Below are positions 1 through 8,740 of a stretch of 64,000 nt of DNA, in pieces (within the stretch, counting starts at the first letter, position 1; each line of letters starts with the position of its first letter). Origin of the DNA: Actinomycetota bacterium. GTDB lineage: Bacteria; Actinomycetota; Geothermincolia; Geothermincolales; RBG-13-55-18. The translations under genes were made by a program, and so were the position numbers. The stretch is taken from positions 154,553 through 218,552 of the forward strand of contig JASEFK010000006.1 in NCBI GenBank assembly GCA_030019255.1, written 5' to 3'. The notes beneath the pieces were generated by a model. The model searched no databases, was not told the origin of the DNA, and saw nothing but the letters and a program-made list of their open reading frames with translations.

Positions 1-395
1 GAGGCGGTGACCAAGGCGTGGCCTCCGCTGTAGGAGGATCCCCACAGGCCGACCCTCGACCCGTCCACCTCCTTCAGGGAACGCACGTAGGAAAGGGCAT
101 GTCTCCAGTCCCGGAGATGACGCCAGGGATTCACCAGGTTGCGGGGCCTTCCCTCGCTGGCCCCGAAGTTCCGGTAATCGAAGAGGAAGACCGCCAATCC
201 TACCGAGGCGAACCTCTCCGCATAGGCGGGAAGCCCGAAATCCCTCTGGGCCCCGAAGCCGTGGGCCATGACCACCACCGGTGGCCTGTCCACCCCCTCC
301 GGAAGGTAAAGCCAGGCCGCGCAGCGCAGCCTCCCCACCCGGAAATAGTGGTCGGACCTGGTGAAATTCGTCTTGTCAGGCCCTGCTCCCGCCAT
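1..395 (-). CDS. alpha/beta-fold hydrolase (partial; the 3' end lies beyond the window start)
   Basis: Minus-strand reading from the ATG at 395 gives MAGAGPDKTNFTRSDHYF...VVVMAHGFGAQRDF...VGLWGSSYSGGHALV. This has an HGFG oxyanion-hole region and a GSSYSGG nucleophile elbow (GxSxG). An AAAGGGGG RBS sits 4 nt upstream. The listed + ORF 18..536 is its antisense shadow. Confidence 0.6.
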   Translation of the reverse strand, partial: MAGAGPDKTNFTRSDHYFRVGRLRCAAWLYLPEGVDRPPVVVMAHGFGAQRDFGLPAYAERFASVGLAVFLFDYRNFGASEGRPRNLVNPWRHLRDWRHALSYVRSLKEVDGSRVGLWGSSYSGGHALVTA

Positions 396-604
396 TTTTA
401 CCCCCTTTCGACCGTCGCCGTTCCCGGATTTCTTTTTATTCCAAGTTCTTACCGCGAATCAACTCCCTTTACACGTCCCCGGCATGTCCTGCCTTGGAAA
501 GCCGGAGCAGGAATGACGGCCAACCGCTTCTTGTGATAATATCCGGCTGGATCGCACGCATCGGGGTAGTGACCTGGATGGCATATTCTGGCAGGAGGAA
601 GAGG

Positions 605-1048
605 ATGAAGCTTTTTCCGCAGTCGCGCCTGGATGAGCTGCTTTCCGCCTATCTTGGGAATTCGTCCTCCCTCCCCCCGCCCGATCCCGAGGGACAGGCG
701 GCCTTCATGGAGGAATATTTCCGGGCCGGCGCCCCGGAGCTGCCCTATCTTTACCGGTACTGCCTGTACTCCTTGCACCTGCTCTGCCCGTTCATGACGG
801 GTAAACCCTTTTCCCGCCTGAACCCGCAGGCCAGGGAGGACTTTCTCAACCGCCTGCTCGCCTCGCGCAATCCCCTCCTACGGGGGGTGGCCCTGCTGGC
901 GGGGATGCCTCTCTACATGTCCTATTACCGGCGCCCGGAGGTCTCCGTCCCCCTGGGGTTCGACCCCCAGGCCCTCCGGGAGGAGGCCGACCTTCGCGTG
1001 GTTACCAGGGACGGCACCCTTCCACCCCGCAAGGAGGGAGAGCCATGA
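605..1048 (+). CDS. small accessory subunit encoded with a GMC oxidoreductase (gluconate 2-dehydrogenase subunit-3-like, tentative)
   Basis: A GGAGG RBS (594-598) precedes ATG 605. Its stop overlaps the start of the downstream GMC oxidoreductase (ATGA at 1045-1048), which is the typical two-gene arrangement. Sequence ...FLNRLLASRNPLLRGVALLAGMPLYMSYY... The start at 494 in the ORF track is probably too far upstream. Confidence 0.4.
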   Translation: MKLFPQSRLDELLSAYLGNSSSLPPPDPEGQAAFMEEYFRAGAPELPYLYRYCLYSLHLLCPFMTGKPFSRLNPQAREDFLNRLLASRNPLLRGVALLAGMPLYMSYYRRPEVSVPLGFDPQALREEADLRVVTRDGTLPPRKEGEP

Positions 1049-2571
1049 TCATCACCCCGGACATGGTCTCCACGGACCTGCGGCTTGAAGCCGACGTGGT
1101 CATCGTCGGCAGCGGTGCCGGAGGTGGACCCCTGGCCCGGGAGCTGGCTTCGGAGGGACACCGGGTGGTGGTCCTCGAGGAGGGAGGGTATTTCACCCGC
1201 GAGGACTTCAACCTCCGGCCTTCCGAGGCCTACATGCGCATGTACCGGGACGCCGGACAGACCGTGACCCTGGGCATGCCCTTCATCCTCCTCCCCCTGG
1301 GGAAGACGGTGGGCGGCACCACCACCGTCAACTCCGGAACCGCACTGCGCATGCACCGTCCCGTGCTCAAGAGGTGGCAGATGACCCACGGGCTCCGCGA
1401 GATAACCGAGGAGGAACTCAACCTCATTTACTCCCACCTGGAAGAGTACCTCTTCGTGAAAAGGGCCGACCCGGAGGTGGCGGGAAAGGTGGCGCAAACT
1501 TTCCTGGCCGGGGCGGAGAGGCTGGGCCTGTCCTGCGGATGGCTTCCCCGCAACGCCAAGGAATGCGAGGGTTTCGGGTCCTGCGCCTTCGGGTGTCCCT
1601 CCGGCTCCAAGCAGAGCGTGGACGTCTCCTTCATTCCCGATGCCCTGGCCTTCGGGGTCGACATATATACGCGCTGCCGGGCGGAGCGCATCCTGGTCCG
1701 CGACGGGCGCGCCGCCGGCGTCGCCGCCTCTTTCCTGGACCCGGGGAGCGGGAAGCCGAACGGCCGCCGCCTGGAGGTGGAGTCCCGGGTAGTGGTGCTC
1801 TCCGCCGGCGCCGTTTACACTCCCTTCCTCCTCCTGCGGCAGGGCCTGGCCAACTCCAGCGGCCAGGTGGGGAGGAACCTACAGATCCATCCCGCCGTGC
1901 AGACGGTGGCCCTCTTTGACGAGGTACTGGGGCCGCCCCGGGGCATCCCCCAGGCCTGCTACGTGGACGAGTTCCAGGGGGAAGGCATCATGCTGGAGGG
2001 CGGCACGGTACCCCCCGAGGTGCATGCCCTGGCCCTGCCCTTCGCCGGCCGACGCCACATGGAACTCATGGAAAAATATCCCAATATGGGCATTTTCGGG
2101 GGCATGGTCTCGGAAAGCGACTCGCGGGGAAGGGTGGTGGACCTGCGCAGGCCGGGGAATCGACCCGCCATGCTCTACAACCTCCGCGGCCGCGACGTGG
2201 AGAAGGCCAAGGCGGCGGTGGCGCTCATGGCCGAGATATGGTTCGCCGCGGGGGCCCGCCGGGTCTTCACGCCCATCGCCGGGCATTACGAGCTGAGCGG
2301 GCCCGGGGACCTCCGCCGCCTGGAGCGTGCCAGGGTGAGAGCCTCGGACTTCTACGGCATGAGCGCCTACCACCCCCTGGGGACCTGCCGCATGGGGGAC
2401 GACCCGGCATGGTCGGTGGTGCGCCACACCGGGGAGACCTGGGACGTGGAGAACCTCTTCATCTGCGACGGGAGCATCCTTCCCTCCTCGCCGGGGGTCA
2501 ACCCCCAGCTGACCATCATGGCCATGGCCATGCGCATCGCCGGGTTCATCGATGAAAGGCTTTCCGCCTGA
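1045..2571 (+). CDS. GMC-family FAD-dependent oxidoreductase
   Basis: N-terminal Rossmann/FAD motif ADVVIVGSGAGGGPLARELASEGHRVVVLEEGG. Length 508 aa. C-terminal GMC region ...SAYHPLGTCRMGDDP...FICDGSILPSSPGVNPQLTIMAMA with the conserved His/Asn-type active-site block. Confidence 0.8.
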   Translation: MIITPDMVSTDLRLEADVVIVGSGAGGGPLARELASEGHRVVVLEEGGYFTREDFNLRPSEAYMRMYRDAGQTVTLGMPFILLPLGKTVGGTTTVNSGTALRMHRPVLKRWQMTHGLREITEEELNLIYSHLEEYLFVKRADPEVAGKVAQTFLAGAERLGLSCGWLPRNAKECEGFGSCAFGCPSGSKQSVDVSFIPDALAFGVDIYTRCRAERILVRDGRAAGVAASFLDPGSGKPNGRRLEVESRVVVLSAGAVYTPFLLLRQGLANSSGQVGRNLQIHPAVQTVALFDEVLGPPRGIPQACYVDEFQGEGIMLEGGTVPPEVHALALPFAGRRHMELMEKYPNMGIFGGMVSESDSRGRVVDLRRPGNRPAMLYNLRGRDVEKAKAAVALMAEIWFAAGARRVFTPIAGHYELSGPGDLRRLERARVRASDFYGMSAYHPLGTCRMGDDPAWSVVRHTGETWDVENLFICDGSILPSSPGVNPQLTIMAMAMRIAGFIDERLSA

Positions 2572-2588
2572 GGGAAGGGGGCGGGAGC

Positions 2589-3431
2589 ATGGTCGACATG
2601 GAGGAAAGGGAATTCCTGGAAACCTTCCATTCCCTGGTGGGCAAGGCCCAGCACCACAACATCCAGGACCTCAACCTCCTGGACGAGGCGACCAGGGAAA
2701 GGGTCTACGCGCTGCTCATCCCCGGGAAGATATTCGACCTCTTCGGCATCGACCGCGAGACCCTCACCAACCCCCGGGGCGAGAAGGTGGTGGAGATAAA
2801 GGCCCCCACCCGGTCCACCTTCGCCATCATCGAGGTGCGGGAGAACCCGGGGGACCGGGACTACATCTTCTACTTGGAGATAGAGGACACCCCCCTCTAC
2901 AAGATCGAGATAAACTTCCTCATCATCAACGACCCGCGCAGCCCGCGCTTCGACACCGACGTGGACGAACAGGGGCGGCGCACCAAGTTCGCCACCGTGC
3001 GCCGCAACATCCCGGAGGAGATCCGGGCCATGGAGGCCGGGCTGGCCCCCGGACAGGTACGGCGCGGCCTGCGCCTGCTGCGGGACTTCGTCTCCCTGGC
3101 GGAGAAGTTCATCACCGCCATGGGCCAGGACATGGTCATCGCCGAGCCCCTGACCTACAACACGGCCATCCTCTTCGAGTACTACGGTTTCAACTACATC
3201 CGCGGCCGCCGCAGGATGGAGGAGATCCACGCCGGGTTCCAGCCGGGCGGCGAATTATTCCAGAAGCTGGACGGGAGCACCCCCTTCCGCAGGCCGGGAA
3301 TGGAGAAGACGGTGCGCGGCCGGGCCTGGGCCATCCACGACGGCATCCTGGGGGAACCCTGGCGGGGCATCGAGATGTACCGCACCCGGGAACCGGCCAA
3401 CGTGTGCACCTTCCCCGGCTGGGTATACTGA
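2589..3431 (+). CDS. hypothetical protein (no family recognised)
   Basis: Clean 280-aa ORF with an AAGGGGG RBS 7 nt upstream of the ATG. Composition is non-repetitive, unlike the GC-driven junk ORFs. No motif I can name. Confidence 0.5.
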   Translation: MVDMEEREFLETFHSLVGKAQHHNIQDLNLLDEATRERVYALLIPGKIFDLFGIDRETLTNPRGEKVVEIKAPTRSTFAIIEVRENPGDRDYIFYLEIEDTPLYKIEINFLIINDPRSPRFDTDVDEQGRRTKFATVRRNIPEEIRAMEAGLAPGQVRRGLRLLRDFVSLAEKFITAMGQDMVIAEPLTYNTAILFEYYGFNYIRGRRRMEEIHAGFQPGGELFQKLDGSTPFRRPGMEKTVRGRAWAIHDGILGEPWRGIEMYRTREPANVCTFPGWVY

Positions 3432-3432
3432 T

Positions 3433-3936
3433 TCACCGCCCCGGGAAACGGTAACCCTTTACTCCCTCCACCCTGGCGCCCCTGAGCCTGGCGTCCGTTA
3501 GGTCCACGTCCTCCATGTTCGCGCCGGTGAAATCGGAGTTCTCCAGGTTGGTTCCCAGCATCATGGCCGAACGCAGGTCCGCCCCGGAAAAATCCACCCC
3601 CGTCGCCAGGGACTTATTGAGCACCGCACCCACCAGCCGGGCCCCGCGCAGGCTGGCCTCGCTCAGGTGACAGCCGCGCATGTCCGCCCCCTCCAGGTCA
3701 CACCCCGAGAGGTCGGCGCCGTGCAGGTAGGCACCCACCAGGTAGGACTTGCGCAGGTTGCACCCGGCCAGGTTGGCCTCTCCCAGGTTGGTGCGCATGA
3801 AGTGCACGTACTGCAGGTCCATGCCCCGCAGGTCGGCGCCGTAAAGGTCGGGGACGACGTAGACGTTGTTCCTCCTCCACTCGTTCCAGGCCTCCACTCC
3901 CCGCTTGAGTATCTCCAGGTGCTCGGGGTCCGCCAT
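3433..3936 (-). CDS. pentapeptide-repeat protein
   Basis: Tandem A(D/N)LxG pentapeptides along most of the length (ADLRGMDL, ANLAGCNL, ADLSGCDL, ADMRGCHL, ASLRGARL, ADLRSAMM, ANMEDVDL...). Confidence 0.85.
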   Translation of the reverse strand: MADPEHLEILKRGVEAWNEWRRNNVYVVPDLYGADLRGMDLQYVHFMRTNLGEANLAGCNLRKSYLVGAYLHGADLSGCDLEGADMRGCHLSEASLRGARLVGAVLNKSLATGVDFSGADLRSAMMLGTNLENSDFTGANMEDVDLTDARLRGARVEGVKGYRFPGR

Positions 3937-4241
3937 CCGTGCTCCCTCCCTCGGTCCTCTTTCGTCCGCCGTCTTTCGCCCATGCCCATTCCCCGGGCAC
4001 CGGCGTCACTTGAATCCTCCCCGATCGTGCCCTCCCACCGGGCCCGAATCTTCCTCCCGCCTCTACGCCGGCCCTGTAAGCCGGGGTGGACAGGGTAGAG
4101 TATACAATGCCCCGGAGCGCCGGGTTGGCATCCCGGGGGTGTACATCCTCGTTACTTGAGGGGACCATGCGCCCGGCGCACGTTCGGGGTGAGCCCGCCG
4201 GCGGGGCACGGGACAGGCGAAAAAACAGGCTTTACCGAACC

Positions 4242-4667
4242 TCACACCCGGCGAGGGAACTTCCCGCCTTCCGCGAGCTCCCACACCCTTTCCAGGACCA
4301 CGCGCCTGGCTCGCGCGGCCAAAAATAGGTTGACCGCCAGGAAGACGACCGCGGCGCCCAGGGTGGGCCAGGAACGGAAACCCAGGGCCACCCCCAGGTG
4401 CATCGCCCCCCTGGCCCATACCAGGGGATACCCCCCGGGGAACATCCGCCGCCTCCCCCTCCCCCGCCGCGCCTTCCATTCGCCGCGCCGCCTCAGGGTG
4501 TACAGGAGGCCGCCGCCCCACAGCAACACCCCGGCGGGCACCGCCAGCCAGGCGGGAAGCGGGATGCGCCAGTGCAGGAGGTAGGCGGCCACCACGCTGC
4601 CCATTATCAGCAGGGACTCCACCCATAATAGGGCGCGCAGTCGGTAGCCCGCTCGACGTGCCATCAT
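4242..4667 (-). CDS. small integral membrane protein (hypothetical)
   Basis: 141 aa with 3-4 hydrophobic helices (LLWVESLLIMGSVVAAYLL, WLAVPAGVLLWGGGLLY, LGAAVVFLAVNLFLAA). Its ATG overlaps the stop of the upstream TolB-like gene (ATGA), which implies co-transcription. Confidence 0.5.
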   Translation of the reverse strand: MMARRAGYRLRALLWVESLLIMGSVVAAYLLHWRIPLPAWLAVPAGVLLWGGGLLYTLRRRGEWKARRGRGRRRMFPGGYPLVWARGAMHLGVALGFRSWPTLGAAVVFLAVNLFLAARARRVVLERVWELAEGGKFPRRV

Positions 4668-6061
4668 CCACCTCCCGCGTACTCATCGTGCAGGGTCAGG
4701 ATATAGAGGTAGGAGGGGATGCCCAGGGCGGAATCCAGGGGATCGCCGGTCGGGCGGCAACGCCCGAAGACGATCCTCTTCCCGTCCGGACCGAAGCACA
4801 TCTCGGTTATCTGGGTGCCGGAGGGACGATACTCGTACGGACCCGTTTCCTCCATGACGTAGACAGGGTCATATTCCGGGTAACCGGGCTCGGTGAAGTG
4901 AGTAAGCCGGGTCTTACCCGATCCGTCGACCCGCACGATGTATATCTCGTCCTCGTGGCCCACGATACCCTTGGTCTCCTTGAAGGCGATGAGGGTGCCG
5001 TCGGGCGAATAAGAGGGGTCCTCGTCGTGCAGCCAGACGCTGTCCGTCAGCCTTTCCACCAGCCTCCCCTCCAGGTCGCAGGTGAACAACTCCCCGGCCA
5101 CCGCCCGCCCGTTGGTCTCGGCGAGCACGGAGTAGCAGCCTATGAAACCCTGGTCTCCGGGCACGAACCCGTTGGCCTCGTTGAGGGTGTAACCCGGGGG
5201 CGGCTCCAGCTTCCTTAAGTTGGAAAGCTCCGGCCCCTCCGGCCCGAAGGCAATATCGGCGTAGACTATCCTCCAGGCCAGCATCTCCTCCCCCACCCGG
5301 TAGGTGAACTGCTCGGAGGAATGGTAGGCACCGGGGTGACCATAGGGCGGGCCGGAGGGCCGGTCTCCCGGAAGAAGGAGGTCCCCCTCCTTCCCGTTGG
5401 GATATTTTTCCATGGAATATTCCTCGCACCAGAAGACCTTGCTCCCATCACCTGAAAAGGAGGGCTCTATGACCGCCCAGTTCTCGGGGTAGTCGGTCAG
5501 CCTCCAGAAGCGGGAACCGTCCGCGGTCATGATCCACACGTTGTGGTTCCGCCCCCAGCCGGGCCGCGCCGATGCACCGTGTTTTAAGCGAGGATAGGCG
5601 GCGTTCTCCGCGGTGAAGATGATGTAATCCCCGCTCGGGTGCCATGCCGACTGGCCGCGGTGCCCGCATCCCTCCAGGGCTTCCTTTCCCGCCGTGAGGC
5701 ATACCGCGTCGCTTCCGTCCGGACGGCAGACGAAAACTTCGTACCGGCCATCCACGAGGTCGGTGAAGGTGATCAGGTCGCGGCTCCAGGACCAGCGGGG
5801 GAAGGATCCGGTGCGGATGCGCTCCACGGTCACTGCCCCGGGCTTTTCCGGCTGGGCCGCTTTCCCTCCGCATCCCAGGTGGAGGGCGACCAGGATCAAA
5901 GTGGCCAGGAGCGCCGGCCGGAACGCAATCCGGCCCCGGGGCACGCCCCCCGGGGAAAAATCGCGGACCTGAGGTTTGAGACCTGCGCTCTTGGCTTCCA
6001 GGCCAGGGTTCCGAAACCCGTCCCGAGCGACATCTCTCCTCTTTCTCAGTCCTTTACGCAT
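4664..6061 (-). CDS. TolB-like / PD40 beta-propeller repeat lipoprotein
   Basis: Repeated PD40-type segments (WHPSGDYIIFTA, SFSGDGSKVFW, YSPDGTLIAF, CFGPDGKRIVF). A lipoprotein signal ...RPALLATLILVALHLGCGG carries a lipobox. The first ~40 codons of the listed ORF are Arg/Gly-rich, so the true start is probably the in-frame GTG near 5944 (MPRGRIAFRPALLATLILVALHLGC...). Confidence 0.7.
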   Translation of the reverse strand: MRKGLRKRRDVARDGFRNPGLEAKSAGLKPQVRDFSPGGVPRGRIAFRPALLATLILVALHLGCGGKAAQPEKPGAVTVERIRTGSFPRWSWSRDLITFTDLVDGRYEVFVCRPDGSDAVCLTAGKEALEGCGHRGQSAWHPSGDYIIFTAENAAYPRLKHGASARPGWGRNHNVWIMTADGSRFWRLTDYPENWAVIEPSFSGDGSKVFWCEEYSMEKYPNGKEGDLLLPGDRPSGPPYGHPGAYHSSEQFTYRVGEEMLAWRIVYADIAFGPEGPELSNLRKLEPPPGYTLNEANGFVPGDQGFIGCYSVLAETNGRAVAGELFTCDLEGRLVERLTDSVWLHDEDPSYSPDGTLIAFKETKGIVGHEDEIYIVRVDGSGKTRLTHFTEPGYPEYDPVYVMEETGPYEYRPSGTQITEMCFGPDGKRIVFGRCRPTGDPLDSALGIPSYLYILTLHDEYAGGG

Positions 6062-6587
6062 CCTGAGCCCCCTGCCCGTTTCCGCACCGGCGGCGCGGAT
6101 TACTTAATCACCGCGATTACAAGCCATTTGGGCGAAGAGCGTTTCGACACATGAATTGTCCCGCTTTACAATACCGCACACTTGCACCTATGCATGATTC
6201 CGCGAATGGAAACCGGCTTACCCTTACCATCATCTTCATCCCAGCACCTCCCGCTATCACTATGCCGGCGCCGCACGATTTCCGGGTCCGATCCTCTACC
6301 TGTCTTATGGCCCGATTTTCGTCCATAAATGTTAAGAATCCTTTATGCGCGGATTAAGCATTTCAACGCCTTGGGACGCTTCATCCAAAGGCGGGACGCA
6401 CGAAGCCGGGGTGAGTTTGCCCGGATGAGCCCGGATATGACCGGCCGGAGAGGACGCATACCTTTTCCGGTTCTATACGCGGCTTCGGCTCTTTAAAGAA
6501 GATTTTTCTCGCGGAAACTCGGGCAGAGATGCATGGTTGATTTTATCTCTCCTCATCCATCTTGCCAGGACACCGAATATATAATAA

Positions 6588-6603
6588 CTTTAGTAAAAGT
6601 GAA
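6588..6603. promoter_or_regulatory. 16-nt motif TTTAGTAAAAGTGAAC (reverse complement GTTCACTTTTACTAAA) in an AT-rich island upstream of the mutase operon
   Basis: Exact 16/16 reverse-complement match to 16264-16279 and a 15/16 match to 24126-24141. All three lie in AT-rich islands 100-500 bp upstream of + strand operons. Confidence 0.5.
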
Positions 6604-6844
6604 CTGAGCTGGTCGGTGGTGCGGCTGCGCACGGCGAGAAGGGTCAGGGGGGCGGGTTGGGAACGGGAATTTGCCGCTCCCTGGGAAATGAACCGTAAGA
6701 GCAGGATACAAGGATGCGGGAATTTATAATCTTTATGTCGGCCGGATGCCATGCTCCTTGCTCCCTGGGCAATCCCAAGGAGACATATCGAGCTTTTAAA
6801 GTTCTACGACCCACGTGCACCACGAGCAGGGAAAGGGGGATGAG

Positions 6845-8608
6845 ATGACCGAGGACCTGGACCGGATAAGCGAGGCGCGCCGTGCCTGGGAGGAGGGGCC
6901 CCTGGCCAAGGCCCTCCAGAGGTTCCCCTACCTGAACAAGGACAGCTGCCGCTTCTACACTCCCCTGGACATCGAGCCCTTCGACTTTTTGGAGAAGGTC
7001 GGCTTCCCGGGCACCTACCCCTTCACCGCCGGCACCTTCCCCATCGAGCCCATGGCCGGCCTGGCCCGCCTGGCCTCCCTGGCCGGGGGAAAGGGGGAGA
7101 TACCCGGGGCCGGTGGCCAGACCCGCGCCGCCATCTACTCCGGGTACGGCACCCCGGAGGACACCCGGGACTACTACAGGGGCCTTATCGAGCAGGGGGG
7201 ACGGGGAGGTCCCAACCTGGCCTTCGACCTCCCCACCCAGTGCGGCTACGACTCCGACCATCCCCTGGCCGAGGGGGAGGTGGGCAAGGTGGGGGTGTGC
7301 GTGGACACCCTGGCCGACTTCGAAATCATCTACGAACCCTACCGAGGGGACCTCGACCTGGACCGCATCGCCTCCAACTTCACCATCAACGCCCCGGCCA
7401 ACGTGATCATCGCCATGTACGCCGCCCTGGCCGAGAAGCGGGGCATACCCCTGGAAAAGTTGCGGGCCACCCCCCAGAACGACATCCTTAAGGAGTACAT
7501 CGCCCGGGGGACCTATATCTTTCCCCCGCGGCACGCCCTGCGCATGTTCCGGGACAGCCTGGTGTTCATCACCCGCCACATGCCCAACGTGAACATCACC
7601 AGCATCGGCGGCTACCACATCCGGGAGGCCGGGGCCACCCGGGAACAGGACCTGGCCTTCTCCATGGCCATCGCCATCGAGTACCTCAGGGTGGGGGTGG
7701 ATGCAGGCCTCCAGGTGGACGAATTCGCCCCCCGCTTCACCTTCAATGCCTTCGGAGGCTCCATGGAGATGCTCAAGGAGATCGCCTTCCAGCGGGCGGC
7801 GAGGCGCATGTACGCCAGGATACTGAAGGAGCGTTTCGGGGCCCGGGACGAGCGGAGCATGCGCATCCGCCAGGCCCTGGGGGCTCACATCGGGCCCTCC
7901 TCCACCACCCTACAGCGCCCTCTGAACAACCTCACCCGGGCGGTCATCGGGGCGGTGGCCAGCGCCCTCTCCGGCGGCCGGCCCCTCCCCTTCCCTCCCT
8001 ACGACGAGCCCCTAGGCCTGGGGTGGAGCCTGGAGGCCCTCCAGCTGGCCCAGGACGCGGGAAGGATCATCGCCTGCGAGGCGCGGCTCCTCGAGTATGC
8101 CGATCCCTTCGCCGGCTCCTACTGCATGGAGTCCCTCACCGACGAGATCGAGAGCGCCGCCTGGGAGGAGCTGGAGAAGATAGAGAAGATGGGCGGGGCG
8201 GTGGCGGCCATCGAGAACGGCTACATGCAGAGGGAGATATCCCGCAGCGCCTACGAGCGCCAGCGGGCCATGGAGCGGGGGGAGAGGCTGGTGGTGGGGG
8301 TGAACTGCTTCACCGGGGAGCACGAGCTGGAGGTGACCACCAACCGGCTGGTCCCCAACCCCTACGACCCCGAGAGGAGGGAACGGGCGGAGGAGAGGCA
8401 GAAGGCCCGCCTTTCGGAGATCAAAAGGTCCCGGGACAACCGGGAGGTGGCCCGGCTCCTCCGGGAACTGGAGGCCCTGGCCAAGAGGGAGGAGGAGAAC
8501 CTCATCCCTCACCTCATCCAGTGCGTCAAGGCCTACGTGACCGAGGGGGAGATATGCGAGGTGCTGCGGGGAGTCTTCGGGGAGTACCAGGCGGTCTCCC
8601 CCTTCTGA
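6845..8608 (+). CDS. divergent acyl-CoA mutase large (substrate-binding TIM-barrel) subunit, methylmalonyl-CoA-mutase family, lacking a fused B12 domain
   Basis: 587 aa. The first half ...YTPLDIEPFDFLEKVGFPGTYPFTAGTFP...AFDLPTQCGYDSDHP... and the C-terminal half with the acidic/Arg-rich coiled tail (LIPHLIQCVKAYVTEGEICEVLRGVFGEYQAV) match the MCM alpha / IcmA architecture. The canonical FTRG(P/V)Y-P-MY motif is replaced by FTAGTFPIEPM. AAAGGGGGA RBS 4 nt before ATG 6845. The B12 domain is encoded separately at 10937. Confidence 0.75.
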   Translation: MTEDLDRISEARRAWEEGPLAKALQRFPYLNKDSCRFYTPLDIEPFDFLEKVGFPGTYPFTAGTFPIEPMAGLARLASLAGGKGEIPGAGGQTRAAIYSGYGTPEDTRDYYRGLIEQGGRGGPNLAFDLPTQCGYDSDHPLAEGEVGKVGVCVDTLADFEIIYEPYRGDLDLDRIASNFTINAPANVIIAMYAALAEKRGIPLEKLRATPQNDILKEYIARGTYIFPPRHALRMFRDSLVFITRHMPNVNITSIGGYHIREAGATREQDLAFSMAIAIEYLRVGVDAGLQVDEFAPRFTFNAFGGSMEMLKEIAFQRAARRMYARILKERFGARDERSMRIRQALGAHIGPSSTTLQRPLNNLTRAVIGAVASALSGGRPLPFPPYDEPLGLGWSLEALQLAQDAGRIIACEARLLEYADPFAGSYCMESLTDEIESAAWEELEKIEKMGGAVAAIENGYMQREISRSAYERQRAMERGERLVVGVNCFTGEHELEVTTNRLVPNPYDPERRERAEERQKARLSEIKRSRDNREVARLLRELEALAKREEENLIPHLIQCVKAYVTEGEICEVLRGVFGEYQAVSPF

Positions 8609-8612
8609 TTGC

Positions 8613-8638
8613 GGCGGAAGGGGGGGCGGCCTTCCGCC
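8613..8638 (+). terminator. GC-rich hairpin (9-bp stem GGCGGAAGG/CCTTCCGCC, 8-nt loop) 5 nt after the mutase large-subunit stop, with no U-tract
   Basis: Read directly: 8613-8621 GGCGGAAGG, loop gggggcgg, 8630-8638 CCTTCCGCC. It sits between the mutase large subunit and the radical-SAM gene. Confidence 0.35.
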
Positions 8639-8740
8639 CGGAGGGCCCGGGCGGGGCGGGCGTCCCGCGGACGGGTGCGCGGAGTTCGCGACCCGGGCGC
8701 CGTGCGGACCCCGGACCGGCATCCGGAGGTGGGGGCGGAG

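Noticed and set aside
18-536. 172-aa + strand ORF at the window start
   Set aside because: It is antisense to a convincing alpha/beta-hydrolase gene (1-395, minus). Its composition is Pro/Gly/Arg-rich and low-complexity, typical of shadow ORFs in high-GC DNA.
6062-6814. Possible tRNA or ncRNA in the 750-bp intergenic region upstream of the mutase operon
   Set aside because: No cloverleaf, T-loop (GTTCRANYC) or anticodon-stem pattern found by eye. The region contains AT-rich stretches and the shared 16-nt motif, so I interpret it as promoter or regulatory DNA. A covariance-model scan would be needed to exclude an sRNA.
6644-7888. 414-aa minus-strand ORF, with similar long alternate-frame ORFs at 9713..10855, 13622..15196, 14973..16244, 17259..18146, 18246..19631, 22898..23950, 38844..39860, 44012..45067, 49149..50690, 52001..54550 and 53844..55256
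   Set aside because: All are antisense to, or frame-shifted within, genes with clear family signatures. Their translations are Gly/Pro/Arg/Ala-rich with no motifs. I treat them as GC-driven spurious ORFs.
8609-8740. 44-codon N-terminal extension (TTG start) of the radical-SAM ORF
   Set aside because: It is extremely Arg/Gly-rich (MRRKGGRPSARRARAGRASRGRVRG...). It overlaps the post-mutase hairpin and has no RBS. The internal ATG at 8741 has a GGAGGTG RBS.
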